This document shows, piece after piece, positions 41,946 through 55,422 of a stretch of DNA of 64,000 bases. The DNA is from Eledone cirrhosa (Eukaryota). Under the pieces are notes generated by a model that made no database searches, was not told the origin of the DNA, and was given only the letters and a program-made list of their open reading frames with translations. The DNA lies in contig OZ024740.1 in NCBI GenBank assembly GCA_964016885.1, forward strand, positions 220,162,001 through 220,226,000. The letters are read 5' to 3'. The translations under genes and the position numbers were made by a program. The number at the start of each line of letters is the position of its first letter. The first letter of the stretch is position 1.

Positions 41946-42759
41946 TTTGACACTAGGAAATAAACGATATATATATATAAAGTAAAGCTAACAGTTTTTG
42001 TGGGGGTTTTTTTAAGACTAAAATATCTCTTTCATGAAGTAATTGTTTTAGTTTTAACATTCAGTATCAGATCAAGTCACTTGCCAGACAAATACAACAC
42101 TGAAATTTCAGTATTTTATTTTTACTAAATTCAAATTTTGCTTGTGTTGACTTTGAAATTCATCTGTCTGGAGTTAATAAAAAAAAAAGAAATCAGTTTT
42201 GTTAACTGGCTGCATTCATTCCCATCTTATGGAAAATATCTTATATCTAAGAAATAATTTATTTTCATATAACCCATGCAAGCAATGAAAAATGGATGCT
42301 AAATGGTGATGATGATGATCTCCATCATCATTGTTTCATGTCAACATGTGTTGTACCAGCTCCTTAACCCTTTAGCATTTACATTATTCTATATTTACTA
42401 CTGTATTTTCACAGTAAACACTTTATTTCACATAATTATCTCACACAATATCAAATCTACAAGATTTTGATATTATTTATTTTGAGGACAATACCTTAAC
42501 AAATGTATGAGCAGCTGGTTATGGCTGGTTTCAATAGAAAGAGGTGAGAGAATTCTGGCCGGATATGGCTGGTTTAAATGCTAAAGGCTTAAAGCACAGC
42601 ATTTTGTTGTATTCCTTCACCACAAGACATAGTTATTGTGAATGTTATGTATTTCAGTATGGTTTTTATGCTACTCTTATTATTAACAACTTTACAGCAT
42701 GGACTGGATGCATTTTATTGAGTACCTAGCACTAAAAAAAGCTGTCTGTGGCTAATCAG

Positions 42760-43065
42760 TAGCTTTGAAATTTTGCCATTTAGTTACTTTGAAATGTTGC
42801 CACTTGGTTGCTTTGAAATGTAGCTACTCTGTAGCTTTGAAGTGTTATCACTTGGTTGCTTTGAAATATTGCTACTCAGTAGCTTTAAATGCTGCTACTC
42901 AGTAGCTTTGAAATGTTGCCAATTAGTTGCTTTGAAATGTTGCTACTTAGTGGCTCTGAAATGTTGTCACTCAGTAGCTTTAAAATGTTGTCAATTGGTT
43001 GCTTTGAAATATTATCACTCAGTAGCATTGAAATGTTGCATCTTAACTGCTTTAAAATGTTGTTG
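42760..43065. repeat. Degenerate ~24-bp minisatellite
   Basis: Unit approximately GTAGCTTTGAAATGTTGCCACTCA. Confidence 0.85.
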
Positions 43066-43556
43066 TGCACATCAAAATGATAGAGCACAGAAGTTTTGAA
43101 ATTAAAATAGTTTTGCTAAAAGCATCAAAAATTCTGTTCAGTGGTTGGGGAATATTAGAGGACATGTAGATTGAAAGTGTTGTTGAAGTTTACAGCATTT
43201 TCCATGTGTATTTAGAAAAATAAAATGTAAAACCTTTGAGAAAAATGGCAGGAGTGACAGTGATATTGCTTGTTGTGGTGGTGATATTAGCTGTAATAGT
43301 GATGTTAGATAAACATATATACATATATTACCACATGATTATATGGTCGTTCGTTAAAAAAATATAGCCTTTTGAAATTGGATTGTTCTTTTTGATACAC
43401 CCTGTGTATATATAAACCAAACCAAACAGTGAGGGTGTTTTACTATTTTTGGCAATATTAGGACAACATGACCTTCCTCAAATATACACTCGATTTCATA
43501 TCAAAAAACCTTGCAAAACAAACATATATATACCATCATCATTATTACTGTTTAAC

Positions 43557-43741
43557 GGGTGGTGGATTGGCAGTATCGGTAGAGGGTCGGACGCCATGCT
43601 TTCCAGCATAGTTACGTCCCTTTACGATCTGAGTTCAAATCCCGCCGAGGTTGACTTTGCCTTTCCTCCTTACGGGGTCGATAAAATAAAGTACCAGTAA
43701 TGCACTGGGTAATTGCTGGCCTTGTGCCTAAAGTAGAAACA
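43557..43741 (+). mobile_element. Young tRNA-derived Nin/Deu-domain SINE with 16-bp TSD
   Basis: B-box GAGTTCAAATCC, GCCTTTCCTCCTTACGGGGTCGATAAAATAAAGTACC core; TSD ATTATTACTGTTTAAC at 43541-43556 and 43742-43757; other copies at 33315-33478(-) and 54695-54910(+). Confidence 0.9.
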
Positions 43742-44207
43742 ATTATTACTGTTTAACATTCATTTATATATATATATTTATATATTTGAAATATTTGAGT
43801 ATATTAAGAATAGTCAGCAAGTATATATTTTAGTCACTAGATGTCTATTATATATTTTATTACAGTCAGGATGGATATTTGATACTTTCACAAATGAATT
43901 TGACACATTTTGAAATTATAATGAGCATTAAGTATGCTGAGACCACATCACAGTTTTAGTTCCTGTTTATAATCTTTATCCCATAATCCTACTCACACTT
44001 CTTTATGATTTTGAATGCCTTTTTCACCACCATCATCATTTTTACATCGATTTTTTTTTCATGCTAGCATGGGTTGGACAATCAGGTCAGAGCTTATCTG
44101 AATTTCTTGGGGCATTAAGTAACTGAAAGTCAAGGCTGGATTAATCATTAAGTAAAATAAACACATGTTTAGGGCACCAAAGGAAAGGGGCATAATTTTA
44201 ATTCAAA

Positions 44208-44436
44208 TTAACCCTTTAGCATTTACATTACTCTATATATACTATGGTATTTTTGTAGTAAAGGCTTTATCTTACATAATTATCTCACATAATATTGAAT
44301 CTATGAGATTTTGATGTTATTTATTTAGAGAACAATACCTTAACATAAGTATGAGCAGCTAGTTACAGCTGGTTTGAACAGAAAGAAGTGAGAGAATTCT
44401 GGCCAGATATGGCTGGCTTAAATGCTAAAGGGTTAA
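44208..44436. mobile_element. piggyBac-type MITE A nested in an older MITE (~44132-44550)
   Basis: TTAA|CCCTTTAGCATTTA ... TAAATGCTAAAGGG|TTAA. Confidence 0.9.
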
Positions 44437-45329
44437 ATGTATTTGCCATTCTGAAAACATTTTTTTTTTTTGCCAACTTTATATATAGGGGAGGGGGATC
44501 CATAACTTTTAAGTGTTTAGAGTCTAGAAAAAAATGAAATCTGGCACAGCTGAAAGTAGAGGACATGATACCAGCCTATTGTAAGGTTAACTCCTTCCCC
44601 ACCCCCATCCCACCTACTGATAATGATACTCATTAACAGCTGAGTGAATTGAAAGTGCCTTGCTCAAAGATACAGCTTGCCATATAATCTGAGAATCAAA
44701 CCCATGACCTTATGACAAACAATCTAACCACCACTCTTTATAAAACATTAAATTTTTAAATTATATATATATATAATTTATATATTTTTTTTTTTCGCTC
44801 TTAACCCTTTTGATAAGAGACTGCTTGAAACTGGTCCTGTTTTTAAAATATGAAACTGGTTGTTTTAAAATGTCTACTTTTATCTAAAAACATTCTATCA
44901 TGATTTTATCTAAGAACCTTTATTAAGTTATGTTCCAAACACCAGATAAGTAATGAGGAAGTTAGTCATACCACTAAATCACTTCAAACTTTTGATTATT
45001 TTCAGAATTATTTGAAAATCACAAGCGGTGTATATCTTACATTAGAAATATGGTAACAAAATGGTTAGTATAAATAGAGAGGGCAGTGTTCATAGCCATG
45101 AGGAATTAGAAACAGTTGGTTAAGTTACTCTAAGACTACTAAATGTGTGTATGTATGTGTGTATGTGTGTGTGTATATATATGTATGTGTGTGTATGTGT
45201 GTGTGTGTGAGTGTGTGTCAGGTTAGGTTGTGGGTTTACTTACTATAGGGTCATACATAAGTTTATAACTTACTATAGCCATTTTGGTTATCATTGTTTA
45301 CCCCCCGAAATTAAGCCTGAACAAGCAAA

Positions 45330-45480
45330 CCTATATTATCACCCATATTGAGTCCATCCACACCCAGTCCTTCTTTACTAGAAATTGACCCTCTGGAATT
45401 CTTTCCCTGAACATACTTTTTATACAGCTGTGATCTTTGAATTTTTCAAAAGGAACATTAACTGAGATCTCACGGCCTGC
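45330..45480 (+). mobile_element. CR1/Jockey-group LINE 3' ORF remnant
   Basis: 'QSFFTR..PLWNSFPE....FEFFKRNIN' resembles the 'SFF.R...LWN.LP...FK' C-terminus. Confidence 0.5.
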
Positions 45481-46187
45481 AAAGTTCAAGAGCACACCTA
45501 CTTCCTCCAGATCAAGCCAATCATCATCATCAACATCATAATTTCTACATCGATTTTTCTATGTTGGCATGGGTTGGATGGGACTTTTTGAAGTCCTTTA
45601 GCCACATCTTATGATATGTCGGAATACAGGGTAACTATCTTAAACCGGATACACACATGGTGAATAAATAAATATAAAGAAACCCAAATTTATTTGCTAA
45701 TCTTTGCTTCAATAAATAGCAGGAGTTTGTTAAGAACCAAAATATCAATTAGAGCATAAAATTAATATGAATGACACTAATAATGAGTAAAAATATATGG
45801 AATGTAAAACCAAAAATGTAATATGGCTAAGGGAAAATAGTGATATGCAGTGAAAATATTCTAATAAGAATTTATTCAGTGTTAAGCTATATGAAATAGC
45901 AAAACTTCAAATAGCAAATTTTTCCTCATTCTTTTTCTATATAATCACCATCTGGAGCAAATTATTTATGTATTTATTCAACTCTGACAACAGCTGAAAA
46001 TGTCTCTATAAAGTCACTCGACATGCTAAAAATAGCAGCTAAATCTTTCTCAAATCACTTACTATCATCTTTAAAAATGTACACATTTTCTAATATAGTA
46101 TGTTCATTTCAGAATAATACTAAGAGCAAATGAGTATATATACCCATCAAATACATGTTTCTTTGTGATTGATTGGATGATATACAT

Positions 46188-46232
46188 ATCTTCTGATGAG
46201 GCTTCAATAAAATCTGAAAATCAATTAAAGAT
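46188..46232 (+). ncRNA. Degenerate type-I hammerhead ribozyme motif
   Basis: ATCTT-CTGATGA-GGCTTCAATAAAATCT-GAAA-ATCAAT-TA-AAGAT; stem I ATCTT/AAGAT, imperfect stem II. Confidence 0.5.
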
Positions 46233-46484
46233 GCTTAGCATTTTTTCAATTTACAGGGAAATTTGTAGTTTCTGGTATGTTTACATGCCTACAAATTAGA
46301 CAGGTGTATATATTTATATACATTGGTGTGGCCTTGGTTACATACTCTGTATTTATACGGATATAACTTTAATATTTTTTAATATATGTAGTCCTGGATA
46401 CAGAAAAAGATGGAACAGACATGGCTGGAACTCCTTTGGTCACAGGCAACATTCCCTCTAATTTTTCATAACTACTTAATGAGA

Positions 46485-46735
46485 CTTGATGTTTTGAGCA
46501 AAAACTTGATGCTTTTGAGCAAAAATTTGATGCTTTTGAGCAAAAATTTGATGCTTTTGAGCAAAAACTTGATGTTTTGAGCAAAAATTTGATGCTTTTG
46601 AGCAAAAACTTGATGCTTTTGAGCAAAAACTTGATGCTTTTGAGCAAAAACTTGATGTTTTGAGCAAAAATTTGATGCTTTTGAGCAAAATTTTTATGCT
46701 TTTGAGCAAAATTTTTATGCTTTTGAGCAAAAATA
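46485..46735. repeat. 21-bp minisatellite (~12 copies)
   Basis: Unit TGATGCTTTTGAGCAAAAACT, with 20-bp variants. Confidence 0.95.
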
Positions 46736-47113
46736 TTTCACTCAAAATTCAAAGCTACTGCATGGCTACATTTAAAAGCTACATTTTGATGTGTGCCATG
46801 CCATTACAGTGGCTGCTCAGCTGTACAACTTAGAGGGGAAACAAGTGATCAGTCAAGTAGAACAGGTTTGACCTGGGGCTAAACAGCAACGAAAATAACA
46901 ACCTACAGTAGTTTAGATTCCATGTCAGCAAATTCTTACTTCCTTAATCTAATAGCCATCACATTAAAATTTCTCATTAGCATCATCAGTTAGGAAATGG
47001 AAACACTTAGAACGGAAAAGGAAGGGATCAATGAAATAATTAATATGGATTTATTTTCGTTTGAGTTGGTATAAAAAGGGTTAAATATTGAGTATTTTTA
47101 CCAAGGAGATTTA

Positions 47114-48070
47114 CTGTATATATATACTCCTATATAAGCCGAGAAATGTTTGACAAAAAAAATCAATGGTAAAATAGGGAGGGGGTGATTATTTTGCTGA
47201 TTTTCATCAATTTTAAATTCTATGTAAATGAGGTGCTAAAATATTTTAGCTTTGGGGGTGAATATTACATTGGTTTCACTTTGGAGGAGAAATTTGTTTT
47301 TCCTCTTGTTTTTTATGTGTTTTAAATGAATATGGCTGTCAAAACAGTCGCAAATTGGTAAAAGACCATTACATAATAGAGTTCTGAAACAAAAAAACTA
47401 CTCTAAACAGCACTTAAAACATTTTAAATATCAAAATATTAAAACTTTCTAAACATAAGAATTTCAAAACCACATCATTTAAATATAATCTGTTGATTAA
47501 CTACCTCAACTTATACACAAGGTTTGAATTTTTGCCTATTTCTCCCAAGTTTTTTAAGACACACATTTCATTCAATGTGTATATTAAATAAAAAAAACTT
47601 TTATGTTCAGGAGATGGCACTATTGTCGTCTGCTAAATAAGAAAAGAACAAAATACTCCCAGCATATGAGGAGCTGGAAAAGTAAACAAAAATTCAAGAA
47701 AATTATTGAAAGTTTATAAAACGAATGAAATAGTAAAAAAATTACGTTGTGGAGTTGTGAAACAAAAACTATACTCTAAATGACACTTAAATCGAATTAA
47801 ATATCAAAATGTTATAAATTCAAAAATACACAGGGTGTACCAAAAAAATGTATACATACTTCAACAGTATTCTAATAAATATTGCCTGTGCGGGTAATCA
47901 AAGTGTGTATACATTTTTGAGGGACACCCTGTCTCTATTCATGAGAATTTCAAAACTACACCATCTAAACATAATGTGTTGATTAGTTACCTTAGCTTAT
48001 ACACAAGGTTTGGTTTTTTACCCATTTCTCAGGCACAACATAGGGGGCGATTATATTCAAATATATACGG
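47114..48070. mobile_element. pogo/mariner-like non-autonomous element with internal duplication and nested mini-MITE (47831-47931)
   Basis: TA|CTGTATATA..CTCCTATATAAGCCGAG ... GGCGATTATATTCAAATATATACGG|TA; 47350-47545 is duplicated at 47730-48035. Confidence 0.7.
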
Positions 48071-48186
48071 TAAGTCATTTTTTTTTATAATGAAATTCAA
48101 CAAATGATTTGATTTCAACAAAATTAACATTAAAAAATATAACATGTTGCTGGTGTTCTCCCCCCCCCCTCCCCCCATTAAAAGCA

Positions 48187-48656
48187 CTAGCAGAAAAACC
48201 ACCCTTTGGGTGGTTTTATACTAGCATGTGTAGTGTGTATATTGATATTATACGCAAGTATATATACATGTAGATATGGTACATCAAATAAAATTGTAAT
48301 TGACAATATACACACAAATTGAATGAAAACTGCGTTACACTGCCTTATGTAATCAGTAACGTAATCTATGATACATTTTAAAAAAACGATATTATATAAA
48401 CTGCATTAGGAGAAAATTAGTGACAGAAAATTAATATGCTTATTTAAGCGATCGCCACCAGAAGTGTTGACATTTGAAAATTTTAAAGAAGTGAATCTTT
48501 AAATAAATAATAAAATATATTTAATGAACAGCCACGAAATTTAGTAGACAAATTATGTAATATTCATTAATTATTTATTCAAAGTATTCCAACTAATGGG
48601 ATAAAAAATTATGAACCGTACGCAGTCCCGCACTTCTTACTTTATTATAGTTTAGA
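48187..48656 (-). mobile_element. Non-autonomous Helitron
   Basis: Minus strand: A|TCTAAACTATAATAAAG 5' end; hairpin AAAACCACCC-AAA-GGGTGGTTTT then CTGCTAG|T. Confidence 0.75.
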
Positions 48657-48914
48657 TTTCAATAACACATATATATGATGTATGTATTATGTATGTATGA
48701 TGTATGATGTATGTATGAAATTTATGTATGTATGTATGTGTATATGTATGTATAATGTATAATGTATGTATGATGTATGATGTATAATGTTTGCATGTAT
48801 GTATGCATGATGTATAATGTATGTATGTATGTATTTATGTATGTGAGTGTATATGTATGCATGTTTGTATGTATGTATGCATGTCCGATTGTATGTCTGT
48901 ATGCGTGCATGTCA

Positions 48915-49262
48915 TCATTCATCATCACCATCACCATTTCATTTTACGTCCACTTTTCCCTGCTTGCAAGGGCGGGACGGGAACTGATTCTGGCTTGATT
49001 TCTACAGCTGGATGCCCTTCCTAACACCAACCTCATTTACAGTGAGTGCTGGGTGCTTTTTTGCCGTGGCACCTCCACGACCACTTTGCAGTGGAATGAT
49101 ACGGACCCCAGTCCCTATCATCTCATTTCTACAGCTGAGTAAACTGGAGCAATGTGAAATAAAGTGTCTTGCTCAAGGAAACAACACATCACCCGGTCTG
49201 AGAATTGAACTCACAACCTTTCGATTGCAAGGCCAATGCTCTAACCACTAAGCCATGTGCCT
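48915..49262 (-). mobile_element. Full-length tRNA-CORE SINE with RTE tail
   Basis: Head and body near-identical to 18981-19260; tail CCCTTGCAAGCAGGGAAAAGTGGACGTAAAATG. Confidence 0.88.
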
Positions 49263-49687
49263 CCATGTATGTATGTATGTATGTATATACGTATAAATGT
49301 ATCTATGTATGGATGATGTATGTATGTGTGTGTGTGTGCATGTATGTGTGCATGTATGTATGTATACAAGTGTGTATGTATATATGTCTGTGTATGTGTG
49401 TATTATGTATGTAGGTATGTGTGTATGTGTTTATTCATATCCATGCATATTATAGATAAAATGTACATAAAATCAAATATACATAAAACATCACAGAATT
49501 GTTTGTGTATGTGTGAGCATGTATGTTTGTGTATATGTGTATGTATATGTATGCATGTGTATATGTGTATGTATGCGTATGCATGCATATATGTATGTGT
49601 ATATGTGTATGTATGTGTATGTATGTGTATGCATGTGTATATGTGTATGCATGTGTATATATGTATATATATGTATACATATATACA

Positions 49688-50250
49688 ATCAAATGCTGTG
49701 TGCAGGAGAGGCGGTTACGCTGGTATGGACATGTGATGCGTATGAAGGATGACAGCTGCATAAAAAGGTGCAGAGCACTAGAAGTCGATGGAAACCGCGG
49801 AGTGGGGAGACCCAAGATGACCTGGGATGAGGTGATAAAAGCCGACCTTACCCAATTACACCTCTCAAAGGCAATGACACACGACCGTGACCTCTGGCGT
49901 CACGCAGTAATACAGAGTACCCGACCTCCCATGGGTACAAGCTGAAGCATATAGACAATATGCCCCCACCGCAAGGTGGTCGTGGAGGTGCCACGGCAAA
50001 AAAGCACCCAGCCCACACTGTAAAGTGGACGTGTAGGCGCCACGAAAAAGCACCCAGCACTCACTGTAAATGAGGTTGGTGTTAGGAAGGGCATCCAGCT
50101 GTAGAAATCAAGCCAAATCAGTTCCTGTATGAGCAAGGCATGGTCAGCCGACCAGACACTGCCCACAACAGGACAACCCGTCTAACCCATGCTAGCGTGG
50201 AAGAACGGACGTAAAACGGTGATGATGATGATGATGATGATGATGATGAC
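49688..50250 (+). mobile_element. RTE LINE 3' fragment
   Basis: 'ERRLRWYGHVMRMKDDSCIKRC...GRPKMTWDEVI'; 3' UTR module and (GAT)n tail. Confidence 0.9.
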
Positions 50251-50710
50251 ATGTGTATATGTGTATCTATGTGTATACATGTGTATATGTATGTATGTGT
50301 ATGCATATGTATATGTATGTATGTGAATGTATGTGTATGCATGTGTATATGTATGTGTATGCATGTGTATATATGTGTATATGTGTATGTATGTGTATGC
50401 ATGTGTATATATGTATGTATGTGTATGCATGTGTATATATGTGTATATGTGTATGTATGTGTATGCATGTGTATATATATATGTATGTGTATGCATGTGT
50501 ATATATGTATGTATGTGTATGCATGTGTATATGTGTATGTGAGGGTTATCTTTAGTTATTAGTCAGTATTGTGAATTTATCACTAAAATGTATACAAAAT
50601 TTATGAAAGGATATGAACAGTAATTGGTAAGTTCTTTCTTTTGAAACCACCCTTCACAAATACAAAATGTAATTTATATGGGAGAATAATTGCATGTGTG
50701 TGTGTGTATG

Positions 50711-50745
<35 letters not shown>

Positions 50746-50794
50746 ATATATATATAAGCAGGGAAAAGCGGATGTAAAATAATGATGATGATGA

Positions 50795-50858
<64 letters not shown>

Positions 50859-50867
50859 GTGTATATG

Positions 50868-50898
<31 letters not shown>

Positions 50899-50985
50899 AT
50901 TTGTGTTAGTGTGTGCATATGCTATGCATATATATATATATACACACACATACATATATATGCACATACACTTATATAAATATAT

Positions 50986-51054
<69 letters not shown>

Positions 51055-51069
51055 CATATATATATATAT

Positions 51070-51552
51070 ATATATGTGGGTATATTATATGGACATAAAT
51101 CTATATATGCTGGTGGGGGGAGGTTACAAAAACTAGGTGTTGATGAATAGTGTATATATCTATATATATATATATATATATATATATAGCCACAAGTACA
51201 CACACATACGCATGTCTATGTCTATATTATATGAACATAAATTTGTACATTTTGTACATACATGGTGAAGTGGGAGTCAAAACTAGGTGTTGAATTATGA
51301 ATGTATGTATCTCTATATATATATACACACACATGTATGCATACATTTGTGTGTGTGTGTGTGTGTATTATATGAACATAAATTTGTACATGGTGGGGAG
51401 GAGGTGATGAAAACTAAGTGTTGACGAATTGTGTGTGTATATATATCACATATGCACACATATATATGCATATGTCTATGTATATTATATGAGTATAAAT
51501 CTATACATGCTGGGGGAGGGAGGTATATTTTTACAAAAACTTGGTGTTGATG
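51070..51552. repeat. Local ~130-150-bp repeat units separated by microsatellite
   Basis: TATTATATG(G/A)ACATAAAT.T.TA.ATG.TGG...AAAACT.GGTGTTGA recurs four times. Confidence 0.7.
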
Positions 51553-52947
51553 AAAGGTTTGGGTGAGAACATTACAAGCTATGAACTGAAGGTCATCAAT
51601 AAAGTAAAAATAAGCAATGAGTTTAGTGAAGTGTATTAGAATAGACTGAAGTGGGATTAACTCTCTCATTACGATACTACTTATGAAAGATATTACCAAT
51701 GATTTTTTAAATAATCAAGAATTTAGAGGGATTTAGCCATATAACTAACTGGCATTTGAAGCTTACTTTAACCCTTTAGCATTTACATTACTCTATGTTT
51801 ACTATTGTATTTTCACGTTAAAGGCTTTATCTTACATCATATCGAATCTATGAGATTTTGATATTATTTATTTTGAAAACAATACATTAACATCAGTATG
51901 AACAGCTGGTTATAGCCAGTTTGGACAGAAAGAGGTGAGAGAATTCTGGCCAGATACAGTCGGTTTAAATGCTAAAGGGTTAAGAAATGTTTCTTACTGG
52001 TATCCACCTGTTTATATATATATACAGGTTCTTTGAATATTTTATGGTGGATATCATATATTGAAATGCCTTCTTGATACTCAATTTTCTATATCGTCCT
52101 CCAAAATTTCCAATTGCCCACCATTTTCTGTTCAGTTGCTCATTGCCCAGTCAACATGGTAATGGTTGAAATATTTTTTCAGAATTAATTTGCTCAATCA
52201 GGATTGATTATGGGGGTGGGGGGTTAAAACAAACAACAACAGCTAATAAATAAAACTCTGTATATTATCAACTTTATTCCTGTGAAGGCGCATGGCTTAG
52301 TGGTAAGAGCATTGAGGTTGCAATTAAAAGGTTGCATGTTCGATTCTCGGACCGGGTGATGGGTTGAGTTCTTGAGCAAGACACTTTATTTCACGTTGCT
52401 CCAGTTTACTCATCTGTAGAAATGAGTTGTGACGTCACTAGTGCCATGTTGTATTGGCCATAGCCTTTCCCTTGGACAACATCAGTGGCGTGGAGATGGA
52501 AGATGCATGGACAACTGCTGGTCTTCCTCAAAACAACCTTGCCCAAACTTGTGCCTCGGAGGGAAACTTTCTAGGTGCAAATCACGTGGTCATTCATGAC
52601 CGAAGGGGCTCTTCGATTCCTGTGATAATTTTGAACACATATTTTAGTGTTAAAAGAATGAAAAGAAAATCAACTTCACTGATTAATCTGTAAATCATTA
52701 GCTATGTAATTATATTTTGGTAGGGCCATACAGCCAATGAAAAACACATGTATTGTTTGTTTTATATTTTGATTTTATTAATCAATTAGGTAATTAGTTC
52801 AGGATTCAATTGATTAATTGGTTCGTCAAAGTCCTGTGGTTACAGCCTGTGATCTAATCTATCACAGAGTCAGCCTGTACATTTTCTCCTTATCAACACT
52901 TATTTCAAAGCTCTCTGTTTATCTCTCAGAATCTCTGGTATATATGT

Positions 52948-53128
52948 ATTTATATCTATATGTATTTGATAGATATATTTTAGTGATCTATCTATTTCTA
53001 TTTATATCTATATGTATTTGATAGATATATTTTAGTGATCTATCTATTTCTATTTATATCTATATGTATTTGATAGATATATTTTAGTGATCTATCTATT
53101 TCTATTTATATCTATATATATTTGATAT
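52948..53128. repeat. 52-bp tandem repeat, ~3.5 copies
   Basis: Unit TATTTATATCTATATGTATTTGATAGATATATTTTAGTGATCTATCTATTTC. Confidence 0.9.
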
Positions 53129-53183
53129 ATACATTCTTAACTACCTATTTATAGCTATTGAAATCTGTATGTCAATATAAATC

Positions 53184-53565
53184 TACTTTCAGGTCCCAAA
53201 TAATAGGGGGTGTTGAAATAAGCAAGGGATTGGAAAATCGGTAATTTTTCTAGATTGTTTCTATTGATTTTTTTTAAAACCAGAATTAGTTGTTTAGTTT
53301 ACATATTGAAACCCCCAACCCATCCTATTTATTTTATAACGTATGGGATTTCTAGTAATGTACTTTTTTGTCATGTATAATGTTTTTTGATGTATAAAGA
53401 AAATTAATTGTCGCAGGAGTGCTACCACTTAAAATAAAAGTTCACCAAAGATAGATTAACAAAATTTAATAAGTAGGAAGATTGGAATAAGAGCATGGGG
53501 TTGGGAAAAATCTGAAAAATTAAAAAAGTGAGGGGCAGGAGGCAGTATTCGAGACCCAAGAGTAG
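53184..53565. mobile_element. TA-flanked MITE
   Basis: TACTTTCAGGTCCCAAATA ... TATTCGAGACCCAAGAGTA imperfect TIRs. Confidence 0.55.
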
Positions 53566-54944
53566 ACTCCTGTTACTTGGTTTAAAATGAACTATAAATA
53601 ATCTTAATATTTATCATCTGTTTGTACCAAATATTTTTACCTATCTATTAATTTTTGATTCTTCAATTTGTAATAAATGCAATGTAAATTAATTAACCCC
53701 TAATTAGTTCATACCAAAGAAACACAACTATGCTGAAAGAGTTGTCTATTAATATCAGAGGAATAAATATTATGAGGAGGGTTAGTGGTTAGAGTGTTGG
53801 GCTTGCAATTAGGAGGTGGTGAAGTTGATTCCCAGATCAGGTGATGCATTGTGTCCTTGAGCAAGACATTATTTCATGTTGCTCCAGCTGTAGAAATGAG
53901 TTGTGAATTCACTAATGCCAAGCTGAATCAACTATTGCCTTGCCCTTGGACAAAATTGGTGGCATGGAGAGGGGAGGCTGGTATGCATAGGTGACAGCTG
54001 ATCTTCTATAAACAACCTTGCCCAGACTTGTGCCATGGAGAGGAACTTTTTAGATGTATATCCCATGGTTATTTGTGGCTGAAGGGGGTCTTTACCCTTT
54101 ATTCTTTAAATATTAGGAAGAAGAAAAAGATCAACAAGATGATAGACCTCATTCACTTACTGAGTGGGTGCGGAACTTATCAGATTCAACCAAGGAAACA
54201 TTGTTTCCAATGGTCTTTCTAATTGCTGATACTACTTACTGATTGCAATTCCTGGCAGAGGGGAGCAATGTGAAATAAAGTGCCAGAAATTAGATTCACA
54301 ACCTTACAATTGTGTAACCACTAGGCCACATGCCTTCACTATAATAAATAAATATCATAGTTGAACTATAATTAAATTAACTCAAAACTCTTATCCTGTA
54401 ATGATTTTAGAAGAAAATATCTAAAATTAATCTTTATTGGTGGACAGATTGTTGAGAAAATGACTTTGTAGTAAAGACTTTAATTATTGATGTGATGAAG
54501 TCATAGAGCTGTTCTTGACTTTTTCAAAAATGTCTTGCTAATGTGGTTTCATGTGGTAGAGGATGCTTGTGAGTTAACATCCTGTAATGATTTAGCAGAA
54601 ATTATTTTAAAATGGCTTTGTCGATTCATATATATTCTCAGGATGTAAAAAGCCAGAACAAATACCAGGAAGTATAATGTGTGATGCTCTAAGGCAGTGG
54701 ATTGGCAGAATTGGTAGAGCATCAGACAACATGCATTGTGACATATAGTTATGGCTCTTTACATTTTGAGTTCAAATCCTGCCAAGGTTAGCTTTGCCGT
54801 TAATCATTACGAGGTCAATAAAATAAAGTACCAGTAAAGTACTGGGGTTGATTTAATTGACTTTCCCCTCCTATAAAATTGTTGGCCTTGTGGCTAAATT
54901 AGAAACCGTTATGTTTGATGCTCTAACAATGTGTTGGACCTCCA

Positions 54945-55235
54945 TTGGTTCCAATGACAAGTGTTCCAGTTGTCCGTGCAATGGAACAGCCTGCTGGCGA
55001 AATTAATGTGCAAGTGACTGAGCATTCCACAGACATGTGCACCCTTAACATAGTTCTGAGGGAGATTCAGTGTGACAGGCTGGCTCTTTGAATTACATTT
55101 CTGCTGGTTGATTGAACTGAAGCTAAGTGAAATAAAGTATCTTGCTCAAGCACACAATGTATCATTAGGAATAAAACTCACATCTTTACAATTCTGAACT
55201 GAACACCCTAACCATTATGCCATGCACCTTCACAA
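54945..55235 (-). mobile_element. CORE-type SINE (another subfamily)
   Basis: Minus-strand tRNA head and CTTGAGCAAGATACTTTATTTCAC core with a distinct 3' part; fragment also at 29970-30035. Confidence 0.7.
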
Positions 55236-55422
55236 TTCTGCCAATAATGATAATGAAAACAACAATAACAACAATAACAACAATAGGAGCAAAAGGGACA
55301 ATGGCAACAACAATAAAAGCAGTTTTAAAAAAACAATAACAACAAGAATAATATTTAGGGAAAAGCGGACGTAAAATGATGATGAGGATGATGATGATGA
55401 TGACACTGAGCTAATATTTCAG

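Noticed and set aside
42760-43100. Cys-rich repeat ORF (VALKCC)n
   Set aside because: Translation of a degenerate 24-bp minisatellite with no splice or start context.
46485-46735. Regular 21-bp repeats and ORFs (LLKSIKF)n resembling a CRISPR array or repeat protein
   Set aside because: Head-to-tail minisatellite with no unique spacers, frame-breaking 20-bp units, and a eukaryotic context.
54578-54647. C/D-box snoRNA-like structure (ACATCCTG...ATGATT...CTCAGGATGT)
   Set aside because: The D box is CTCA, not CTGA; the 3' stem arm belongs to an adjacent SINE fragment, and other copies of the repeat lack it.
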